This document shows positions 1-7,661 of a stretch of DNA of 64,000 nucleotides, piece after piece. The stretch's first letter is position 1. Each line of letters starts with the position of its first letter. Location: sequence record NC_031927.1. One strand, given 5' to 3'. The translations under genes were made by a program, and so were the position numbers. Under the pieces are notes generated by a model. The model had not been told where the DNA came from and searched no databases. It worked only from the letters and a program-made list of their open reading frames with translations.

Positions 1-21
1 AGTGTATAAAAGAAGGTAAAG

Positions 22-2268
22 ATGTCATACGAAATTAACGAAGTCGTCATTATTGACGGAAGTCGTAATATTGTAAACGCTGGTGTTGGTACTTTTACTA
101 AAGTTCACCCAGCAGAATTAGAAGTTGGAACCTCAGGACTAGCTATCTCTGATGTTCTAAACGAGACAGATCTAAGTAGTGATAGTGCATCAGCACTACC
201 TACCCAACACGCCGTTAAGGCATATGTTGATGCTGCAATCTCAACTGTTCAGTCAGATATAGATGCTAATGAACTAGCTTCCGACAACGCAGAATCTGCT
301 TTGTCTGGTCGTCTAGACACTCTAGAAGCTGATCCAACAACAGCAACTGCTCTAGCAGCAGTTCAGGCTGATGTGGATGCCAATGAACTAGCTTCCGATA
401 ATGCTGAATCAGCATTGTCTGGTCGCCTAGACACCCTTGAGGCTGATCCAACAACTCAGACTCTATTGACTGCCGAGGCAACTACTAGAGCTTCTGCAGA
501 TGCGTCCGAGACTTCAGCTCGTCAAGTTGCAGATAATGCACTTTCTGGTCGCCTAGACACACTTGAGGCAGATCCAACAACCCAAACATTGTTGGATAGC
601 GAAGCATCTACTCGCTCCGCTGCTGATGTTCTATTGAATGCGGCAGTTAGTAATGCTAATCTAGCTATTGCTGCTAACGAAGATCATATTGATAACCTAG
701 CCACACTTTCTGGTGTTGCTAAAGATGCAGAAAATCTTGGTTCCTTCACTGGTTCCACGATTTCTGATAACATCACAATCAAAGCTGCTCTACAAGATCT
801 AGAGACTGGTGTTGATAACGCTCTTGGTGGTGGCGCTGCTGCTTCTTCTGTAGAGACAGTCACACTATCTACTGATGCTACTCACTATCTAACGTTTGTT
901 AACGCAGACAACGGTACAGGCACTCAGGAGAATCTCTATACCGATGCTGGTATCCAGTACAACCCATCATCCGACATTCTAACTGTTGGTGAAGTTGTTA
1001 TCTCAGGTAACCTAACCGTTAATGGTACTCAAACCATTTTCGATACTACGGTTATTCAGGCACAGGATAAGAACATCACTCTTGGTGTTACTACTGCTCC
1101 TACTGATGCTGGTGCAGACGGTGGTGGTTTGACCCTTATGGGAACCACTAACAAGACCTTTAACTGGATCAATGCAACTGATGCTTTCACAGCTTCAGAG
1201 CACATCAGCATTGCTGCTGGTAAGGAGTATCGTATCGATGGCGTTAAAGTTATCGAGTCCGGCGCTCTAGGTGCATCCATTGTTAGTTCATCACTACAGA
1301 CTGTTGGAACTCTTGCTAGTCTAACTGTTTCTGGTGATATTACAGCTAATGGAAACATCACTGGTGATAACTTTACAGATATCACTGGCATCAGAACGAT
1401 GCACTCTCAGTTCATTACGATTGATAATGTCAATCTAACTGCTAGTGCTACTGAGCTTAACTATCTAGATGGCTCCACTCCAGGTGCTGCAACTGCTGGT
1501 AATGCAGTAGTACTAGACTCTAGTAAAGATGTAACTGGTATCAACCAGCTACAGGCTACTTCACTAGTTGGTGAGCTTACAGGTAATGCTGATTCTTCTG
1601 ATCAGGTTAAGACAGTAAGAGTCACCACAAATAGTGCTCACTATCTAACTTTCGTTGATGGTGATAATAGTAGTCAGACTAATGAGGAACTAAACACCTC
1701 ACTACTAGCAACCTTCAATCCTTCTGACGGTAGCCTAGTAGCTAACAAGCTAACTGCATCTAGCAACTTCTACCTAGGTCTAACCGAGGTTACTGCTAGC
1801 GGAACCGAGCTAAACTACCTAGATGGCTCACTAACCGGAACCGCAGTTGCTTCCAAGGCAGTTGTTCTAGATGCTAGCAAGGACATCGCAGGTATCAATA
1901 ACATTGATATCGCTGGTGACCTAGTTGGTGATGGCGCATCTAACATCAGTGGTATCAACACAGTTACTGCTGCTGGTAAGATGTATGCTCTATCATACAC
2001 CTCTACTTCTGACGCTTCCCTAAAGGAAAACGTTGAGAAGATTGAAGGTGCTGTTGAGAAAGTTGAAGCCATCCGTGGTGTAACTTTCGACTGGAAAGAT
2101 GGTTCTGGCTCTACTGCTGGTATCATCGCTCAAGAAGTTGAAGCAGTAATGCCGATGCTAGTTGAGAGTGGCGAGATCAAGCGCGTTGATTACAACGGGT
2201 TAGTCGGTCTTCTTATTGAAGCCGTCAAGGAACTCTCTGCTGAAGTCAAAGAGCTAAAAGCTAACTGA
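22..2268 (+). CDS. Tail fibre-like protein with C-terminal intramolecular chaperone (peptidase S74-like) domain
   Basis: 748 aa; Ser/Thr/Gly-rich fibre repeats; C-terminus SDASLKEN...IRGVTFDWK...GIIAQEVE...VDYNGLVGLLIEAVKEL is typical of autocleaving fibre chaperones. Confidence 0.85.
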   Translation: MSYEINEVVIIDGSRNIVNAGVGTFTKVHPAELEVGTSGLAISDVLNETDLSSDSASALPTQHAVKAYVDAAISTVQSDIDANELASDNAESALSGRLDTLEADPTTATALAAVQADVDANELASDNAESALSGRLDTLEADPTTQTLLTAEATTRASADASETSARQVADNALSGRLDTLEADPTTQTLLDSEASTRSAADVLLNAAVSNANLAIAANEDHIDNLATLSGVAKDAENLGSFTGSTISDNITIKAALQDLETGVDNALGGGAAASSVETVTLSTDATHYLTFVNADNGTGTQENLYTDAGIQYNPSSDILTVGEVVISGNLTVNGTQTIFDTTVIQAQDKNITLGVTTAPTDAGADGGGLTLMGTTNKTFNWINATDAFTASEHISIAAGKEYRIDGVKVIESGALGASIVSSSLQTVGTLASLTVSGDITANGNITGDNFTDITGIRTMHSQFITIDNVNLTASATELNYLDGSTPGAATAGNAVVLDSSKDVTGINQLQATSLVGELTGNADSSDQVKTVRVTTNSAHYLTFVDGDNSSQTNEELNTSLLATFNPSDGSLVANKLTASSNFYLGLTEVTASGTELNYLDGSLTGTAVASKAVVLDASKDIAGINNIDIAGDLVGDGASNISGINTVTAAGKMYALSYTSTSDASLKENVEKIEGAVEKVEAIRGVTFDWKDGSGSTAGIIAQEVEAVMPMLVESGEIKRVDYNGLVGLLIEAVKELSAEVKELKAN
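260..585 (+). repeat. Imperfect internal repeats (DANELASDNAESALSGRLDTLEADPTT-type, three to four copies) in the fibre N-terminal region
   Basis: Recurrent tctggtcg(t/c)ctagacac...ga(a/g)gc(t/a)gatccaaca at about 303, 418 and 545. Confidence 0.8.
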
Positions 2269-2288
2269 TATTAGTTCAGTTTAATTCT

Positions 2289-2314
2289 AGACTCCCTTCG
2301 GGGGGTCTTTTTTT
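2289..2314 (+). terminator. Intrinsic terminator with UUCG tetraloop
   Basis: agactccc-ttcg-gggggtct followed by a T run. Confidence 0.9.
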
Positions 2315-2354
2315 ATGCTAAATAATACTGTGAAGAAAATATAATTCTCTAAAA

Positions 2355-3407
2355 ATGACGATTGTAAATACAACTTTTCGAGCTTTTGTAGAAAAGCTTG
2401 GTGATACAGAAGCAGCTACTTTTATTGGTAATGAAGGTGACTTATTTTATGACCCTAATACAGCATCACTAAGAGTTTCTGATGGTACCACTCCTGGTGG
2501 AGTTGCTGTTACTGGAGTAACCACAGTTTCTGGTCCAATTCAATCCAGCCTTATTCCAGATTCTGACGGCACACTTGACCTTGGATCACCCACCAATCAG
2601 TGGAGAGATATCTACGCAACTGGAAATACACTATATCTTGGCGGTACTGCGGTTTCTGCTAATGCTAGTACTCTAGCTGTTGATGGTGAAGATCTAGCAA
2701 AGACCAGCGAAGTCCAGGAGATTGCTTCTTCGGACGCTAGTGCTTCTAGACTAATCGTCAATACTGACCGTCGCGTATATACCGACGCAACTCCTGGAGC
2801 CATCAACCCCAACGCAAACTCTGGTGGTTGGTATCATAGAACTACTGCTGGTAGCTACATCCGTTGGAACTTCTGGACACCCAAGCCCAATGCTGAAGGT
2901 GAAGCAGTTGGTTTGCTAGGTAATCTACAGAGTGGTTGGTGTCTATTTACTCCTTGGTCTGCTAATACAACATATCCATACTTCCAGTTCTACACTGCAC
3001 CTAAAGCAGCTTTGGGTAATGAAGAGACCTGGTACCGTTCTAAAGTCACATACTCTAGGGCACCTGAGGCACATACACCAGGCACACCCGTACTATTGTA
3101 CTTTGGTGTAGATCCTACTGATGTATTCCCTGGTGTTCCTCGTAGAGAGATGACGCTTGATCCATTGAATACCGCAGGTCCACAGGCTGCTGATGAGTTT
3201 ATCTATTCTTCATATCTCAGCACCTCAACGGGATTACCTGATGATGACCTAGACTTCTCAACAGTTGGCGTTGGATTTAGATATGATGGTAAGAACTTTG
3301 GTTACAGCTTGTATGCTGTTCCCGAAGATACTGGTCTTACAGCAACAGAGGTTATTGACGGCAGAACTTTAGAAATTGTTAACGGTCAAATCATTTCAGT
3401 TACCTGA
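2355..3407 (+). CDS. Putative virion structural/fibre-associated protein
   Basis: 350 aa; N-terminal GNEGDLFYDPNTASLRVSDGTTPGG motif seen at the start of phage fibre proteins; LIPDSDGTLDLGS fibre motif; preceded by CTAAATA late-promoter variant at 2318. Confidence 0.6.
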   Translation: MTIVNTTFRAFVEKLGDTEAATFIGNEGDLFYDPNTASLRVSDGTTPGGVAVTGVTTVSGPIQSSLIPDSDGTLDLGSPTNQWRDIYATGNTLYLGGTAVSANASTLAVDGEDLAKTSEVQEIASSDASASRLIVNTDRRVYTDATPGAINPNANSGGWYHRTTAGSYIRWNFWTPKPNAEGEAVGLLGNLQSGWCLFTPWSANTTYPYFQFYTAPKAALGNEETWYRSKVTYSRAPEAHTPGTPVLLYFGVDPTDVFPGVPRREMTLDPLNTAGPQAADEFIYSSYLSTSTGLPDDDLDFSTVGVGFRYDGKNFGYSLYAVPEDTGLTATEVIDGRTLEIVNGQIISVT

Positions 3408-3443
3408 TACTGTGCTATTATATGGGAAGCGAAAGCAACCCAT

Positions 3444-3968
3444 ATGAATATCTTTTGTACCGAACAGGATCCTAGGGGAAGTGCCCTAGTACTTCCAGAC
3501 AAGCATATCGTCAAGATGCCTCTTGAATGCTGTCAGATGGTATCTGTGATTTACTCACATTGGTATCGTGACTGTGGTCAAGTCTTCAAGGCTGATGGAA
3601 CCCCATACAAAACAACGGGAGGTTTTCGTAACCACCCCTGTACTGTATGGGCTTCTTTATGCGATGAAAACCTAGCGTGGCTCATCGCACACGGTCACGC
3701 TCTATGTGCCGAGTATACCCACCGCTACGGTAAGCATCACGCCTGTGAGAAGTCCCTGATCGGCGCAGAAGAAGTTTTTGTTAGGACCACAGGTAAGCCA
3801 ATTACGTGCTATAATGGGGCACGTGGGTTCGCCCGTGCTATGCCTGATGAGTTCAAGCTAGACCAATCAATCTCTACCTTTGAGGCATACAAGATGTATA
3901 TCTCCTCAAAGCCCTGGGTCTCAGCCAACTATCTCCGCAAACCTGAACGCAAGCCCTCATGGGTTTGA
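3444..3968 (+). CDS. denV: Pyrimidine-dimer DNA glycosylase (DenV/endonuclease V family)
   Basis: MNIF...DKHIVKMPLECCQM and HPCTVW motifs. Confidence 0.8.
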   Translation: MNIFCTEQDPRGSALVLPDKHIVKMPLECCQMVSVIYSHWYRDCGQVFKADGTPYKTTGGFRNHPCTVWASLCDENLAWLIAHGHALCAEYTHRYGKHHACEKSLIGAEEVFVRTTGKPITCYNGARGFARAMPDEFKLDQSISTFEAYKMYISSKPWVSANYLRKPERKPSWV

Positions 3969-3989
3969 TTACTTTATTATCTTTTTATT

Positions 3990-4940
3990 ATGAGAGAACG
4001 CACTGACTTCATTTGGACCGAAAAATATCGCCCACAGAAGATCGATGACTGCATCCTCCCCGACAACATCAAAGCAACATTCAAGCAGTTTGTAGAGAAG
4101 GGAGAGATCCCTAACCTATTACTTGCTGGTCCTCCTGGTGTTGGTAAAACAACCATCGCCAAGGCACTTTGTAATGAGATTGGTGCTGATTATTATGTGA
4201 TCAACGGCTCTGATGAAGGTCGCTTCCTTGATACTGTCCGCAACCAAGCCAAGAACTTCGCTTCCACTATGTCTTTGACTAGTGAAGCCAAGCACAAGGT
4301 CATCATCATTGATGAGGCAGACAATACGGGCAACGATGTTCAGCTCCTTCTACGTGCAAATATTGAGGCATTCCAAAAAAACTGTCGCTTTATCTTTACT
4401 TGTAACTACAAGAACAAGATTATTGAGCCCCTCCACAGTCGCTGTGCTGTCGTTGAGTTTAGCCTCAAGGGTAAAGACAAGCAGCAGGTTGCTGCTGCCT
4501 TCTTCAAGCGCCTCACAGGCATCTTAGAGCAGGAACGTATTGAGGCAGAGCCCAAGGTTCTAGCCGAGTTAGTCCAAAAGCACTTCCCAGACTTCCGCCG
4601 TGTCCTCAATGAGGTTCAGCGTTATTCTTCTGGCGGTAAGATTGACTCTGGTATTCTCGCTTCATTCTCCGAGATCAAGGTTGAGGATCTTATGCGGGAT
4701 CTTAAGTCAAGTAACTTTACCGAAGTCCGTAAGTGGGTTGTCTCTAATCTAGACAACGATACAAATGCTATTCTCCGTAAGGTATATGATGCCTTGTATT
4801 CCCACCTTCAAGGACCATCTATCGCTGCTGCTGTTCTCATTATTGCGAAATATCAATATCAAAGTAGCTTTGTTGCTGACCAGGAAATCAACCTCCTAGC
4901 AGCTCTAACTGAAATTATGATCGAGTGTGAATTCTCATGA
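3990..4940 (+). CDS. gp44: Clamp loader large subunit (AAA+)
   Basis: WTEKYRP, Walker A GPPGVGKTT, IIIDEAD, CRFIFTCN, LHSRC. Confidence 0.97.
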   Translation: MRERTDFIWTEKYRPQKIDDCILPDNIKATFKQFVEKGEIPNLLLAGPPGVGKTTIAKALCNEIGADYYVINGSDEGRFLDTVRNQAKNFASTMSLTSEAKHKVIIIDEADNTGNDVQLLLRANIEAFQKNCRFIFTCNYKNKIIEPLHSRCAVVEFSLKGKDKQQVAAAFFKRLTGILEQERIEAEPKVLAELVQKHFPDFRRVLNEVQRYSSGGKIDSGILASFSEIKVEDLMRDLKSSNFTEVRKWVVSNLDNDTNAILRKVYDALYSHLQGPSIAAAVLIIAKYQYQSSFVADQEINLLAALTEIMIECEFS

Positions 4941-5173
4941 ATACTATTGTTTTATATACTAACGGTGGGCAAGAGTCTGACCGTTGCCGTGATCTACTCA
5001 TCAGCCTTAATGGTGAGTTTCTAGAATACCAACTAGATGAAGACTTCAATGATCGCCAATTCCGATCCGAGTTTGGTGAGAGGGCTGAATACCCACAGGT
5101 TGCCGTTGGCTATGAGCACATCGGCGGACTAAAAGAAACATTACACTATCTAAAAGAAGAAGGACTTATTTAA
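4937..5173 (+). CDS. Glutaredoxin-like protein
   Basis: 78 aa; YPQV...IGG glutaredoxin signature; no canonical CxxC. Confidence 0.7.
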   Translation: MNTIVLYTNGGQESDRCRDLLISLNGEFLEYQLDEDFNDRQFRSEFGERAEYPQVAVGYEHIGGLKETLHYLKEEGLI

Positions 5174-5175
5174 TT

Positions 5176-5469
5176 ATGAACGTAAAACTTATCCGTATGC
5201 ATTCTGGTGAGGATGTTATTGCCGATCTAATCAAAGAGCAGGCTGATGAATTGATCCTATGCAATCCAATTGTGTTAGTTCCTGGTCGTGATGGTACTGT
5301 TGGATTCGCACCTTGGTCCCCAGTGATCTCCCCTGATGTAAAGGAACTCCGCATTAGGGCAAACTATGTCGTATATGTAACAGATCCAAACGAAGATGTA
5401 GTTAGAAACTATAATGAGATCTTCTCTACTATTATCACCCCCCAAAACGCAGGTAAAATTATCACATGA
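5176..5469 (+). CDS. Conserved T4-like cyanophage hypothetical protein
   Basis: MNVKLIRMHSGEDVIADL N-terminus; packed between glutaredoxin and gp62. Confidence 0.75.
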   Translation: MNVKLIRMHSGEDVIADLIKEQADELILCNPIVLVPGRDGTVGFAPWSPVISPDVKELRIRANYVVYVTDPNEDVVRNYNEIFSTIITPQNAGKIIT

Positions 5470-5876
5470 GCATTGATCTCAAAGATTGGCTAAACAGTAT
5501 CAACCTCTCCAAGGAAAATCTTATTGATGAGGATCCTGCTGTTGAGAAAGAGTATCCCCCCTTCATTATCAACAAATGTCTCTCTGGTCAAATGGATTCT
5601 CTCATGCAATCTAATGAGATGAATAAGTTCCCTAACCTAGATAAACGTCTCCAATATGACTTTTTTATAAATAGTCTTAGGAAGAGGAAGAGATTCTCTC
5701 CCTGGTTGAGGAAAGATAAGATAAAAAACCTAGAAGCAGTGCGTAAGTACTACGGTTTCTCCACCGAAAAGGCAGAACAAGCTTTGAATATCTTATCTAA
5801 TGAACAACTCGATTACATTTATGAAAAACTTAACACAGGGGGATTAAATCCATGCAAACCGACGAGAGGGGGCTAG
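5466..5876 (+). CDS. gp62: Clamp loader small subunit
   Basis: LKDWLNSIN, YPPFIINKCLS, LQYDFFINSLRKRKRFSPW; synteny with gp44 and regA. Confidence 0.9.
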   Translation: MSIDLKDWLNSINLSKENLIDEDPAVEKEYPPFIINKCLSGQMDSLMQSNEMNKFPNLDKRLQYDFFINSLRKRKRFSPWLRKDKIKNLEAVRKYYGFSTEKAEQALNILSNEQLDYIYEKLNTGGLNPCKPTRGG

Positions 5877-6274
5877 TATTTTGGGAACCTTCCCAAATGG
5901 TAGAAATTTTTCTATCTGAGCCTGACGATTTCTTAAAAGTAAGAGAGACACTTACTCGTATTGGTGTTGCTTCTCGTAAAGAGAAGAAAATCTATCAATC
6001 ATGCCACATTCTACACAAGCAAGGTCGCTACTTTATTGTACACTTTAAAGAGCTATTTGCTCTTGACGGTAAGCATACCAATATCACTCAAAACGATATT
6101 CAAAGACGTAACCGCATCACTAAACTACTTTCCGACTGGAACTTAGTTGGGATTGCTAACGAAGATGAGATTCGGGATATTGCACCCCTTAATCAAATCA
6201 AAGTTCTCTCATATAAGGAGAAGGGTGAATGGATCTTGGAGCCAAAGTATAACATTGGCGGTCGTAGGTCTTGA
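5852..6274 (+). CDS. regA: Translational repressor RegA
   Basis: DDFLKVRETLTRIGVAS...YQSCHILHKQGRYFIVHFKELFALDG. Confidence 0.97.
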   Translation: MQTDERGLVFWEPSQMVEIFLSEPDDFLKVRETLTRIGVASRKEKKIYQSCHILHKQGRYFIVHFKELFALDGKHTNITQNDIQRRNRITKLLSDWNLVGIANEDEIRDIAPLNQIKVLSYKEKGEWILEPKYNIGGRRS

Positions 6275-6400
6275 TACACTAACAAAATACACTAATATAT
6301 GTAACAAAAAACAATTTCTCTTATAAATAATAGTGAGTTTAGGCTCGTGTGTTAAGATAAGTAGAAGTAGGATACCTATATTATTGTTGTTTGTTATTGT

Positions 6401-6432
6401 GGGGGGGGTTCGGATTTCCGAGCCCCCTTTTT
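6401..6432 (+). terminator. Intrinsic terminator
   Basis: ggggggttcgga-tt-tccgagccccc followed by TTTTT. Confidence 0.85.
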
Positions 6433-6444
6433 GATGCTTTAAAT

Positions 6445-6452
6445 TATAAATA
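6445..6452 (+). promoter_or_regulatory. T4-type late promoter TATAAATA upstream of sHsp
   Basis: Exact TATAAATA about 55 nt upstream of the ATG at 6507. Confidence 0.75.
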
Positions 6453-6485
6453 GTGGTGGTTGCCTTCGGGGACCATAAACTATAT

Positions 6486-6500
6486 CTCGCTTTCGAGGAG
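6486..6500 (+). promoter_or_regulatory. ROSE-like RNA-thermometer hairpin occluding the Shine-Dalgarno of sHsp
   Basis: CUC(G)CU-UUCG-AGGAG: UCGCU motif with bulged G pairs with the GAGGAG SD. Confidence 0.65.
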
Positions 6501-6506
6501 AAACAA

Positions 6507-6932
6507 ATGAAAATGTACGGAGCAGGTGATCTCGACAAGTTCGTCAGAGACATCGAAAAATATACCATTGGTATGGATGAATGGCTACACCGAATGGGTG
6601 CCGTTCACGAATCAACCCAAAACTATCCACCATACAACTTAATCAAAACAAGTAGCATTACTTTCCGATTAGAAGTTGCTTTGGCAGGATTCAAACAAGA
6701 TGAAGTAAAGGTATTCACTGAAAACAATAAGCTATTCGTTGAGGGGCATAGTACTCGCGATGATGAAGCAATTGAATATGTTCATAAAGGTTTAGCTTCT
6801 AGGGACTTCACCCGAGTATGGACTATTTCTGATGATGTTATTATTGAAAATGTAGATTATACGGATGGTGTATTGGTTGTTGATTTGAGGAGAGTAATCC
6901 CAGATCATCAGAAGCGAAAAGATTGGTTATAA
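6507..6932 (+). CDS. Small heat-shock protein (Hsp20 family)
   Basis: NYPPYNL, LEVALAGF, YVHKGLASRDFTRVW, DGVLVVDL; ATG 6507 follows GAGGAG (ORF-track start 6453 is probably too long). Confidence 0.95.
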   Translation: MKMYGAGDLDKFVRDIEKYTIGMDEWLHRMGAVHESTQNYPPYNLIKTSSITFRLEVALAGFKQDEVKVFTENNKLFVEGHSTRDDEAIEYVHKGLASRDFTRVWTISDDVIIENVDYTDGVLVVDLRRVIPDHQKRKDWL

Positions 6933-6957
6933 ATAAAGTATATCGTCGTCGCATAAC

Positions 6958-6995
6958 GGGGGGTCTTGGCAAAAACCAAGGTTGCCCCCTTTTTT
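6958..6995 (+). terminator. Intrinsic terminator
   Basis: gggggg-tcttgg-caaaaa-ccaagg-ttg-ccccc followed by a T run. Confidence 0.7.
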
Positions 6996-7027
6996 ATGTG
7001 CTATAATGCTATGAGCTACAGAATTTT

Positions 7028-7387
7028 ATGAATAACGATTATGATAGAGGTGAGGAGCCTCGTTATACTATGACTAGCTTTAATAAGGAGATTTCCCCCA
7101 TAGAAATTTCAGAACCCATCCCAACAGTAAGATTGTTACTATTGAAGAGTGGTGAGACTGTTATTAGTATAGTTGAGGAGAGTCTTTGTGGAACTAAACT
7201 TACTCTCGTAAATCCACGAATAGTCTTAATTGAGTCTGCTGGTGATAATAATACCACTGTGATGTTTGGTGATTGGATGCCTCTAGCACAAAATAGGACT
7301 TTTGATATTAGGACGGACTATGTGGTCACTTCTACATATCCCCTAGATAGTTTAATTGAAAGCTACTTGGAGAAAGATAATGGATGA
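7028..7387 (+). CDS. Conserved cyanophage hypothetical protein upstream of DNA polymerase
   Basis: VRLLLLKSGETVIS...WMPLA motif; related to the next ORF. Confidence 0.7.
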   Translation: MNNDYDRGEEPRYTMTSFNKEISPIEISEPIPTVRLLLLKSGETVISIVEESLCGTKLTLVNPRIVLIESAGDNNTTVMFGDWMPLAQNRTFDIRTDYVVTSTYPLDSLIESYLEKDNG

Positions 7388-7661
7388 GATGATTAGAGTC
7401 CTCCTCTTGAAGGATGGTCGCACCATTGTGACAAAATTAGAAGAGGTCACAGACCACGACATTGGTGAGCCCGACTGTGTTATGATTGATCCAGTGATTT
7501 ATGATACCTCTGTTGAGGAATATGTTGATGCCCTATCACGCTTTCCTGGAGCAAAGATAACATCAGAAACTAAGATGGCTATCTTATCGGATAACATCCT
7601 TACTATGGTTACTCCCGCAACAGCACTCCTCGCAGAATACCTCGTTACTATTGGTGATTAA
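7380..7661 (+). CDS. Conserved cyanophage hypothetical protein upstream of DNA polymerase
   Basis: IRVLLLKDGRTIVT...IGEPDCVMIDP; ATG 7380 overlaps the upstream gene end. Confidence 0.7.
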   Translation: MDEMIRVLLLKDGRTIVTKLEEVTDHDIGEPDCVMIDPVIYDTSVEEYVDALSRFPGAKITSETKMAILSDNILTMVTPATALLAEYLVTIGD

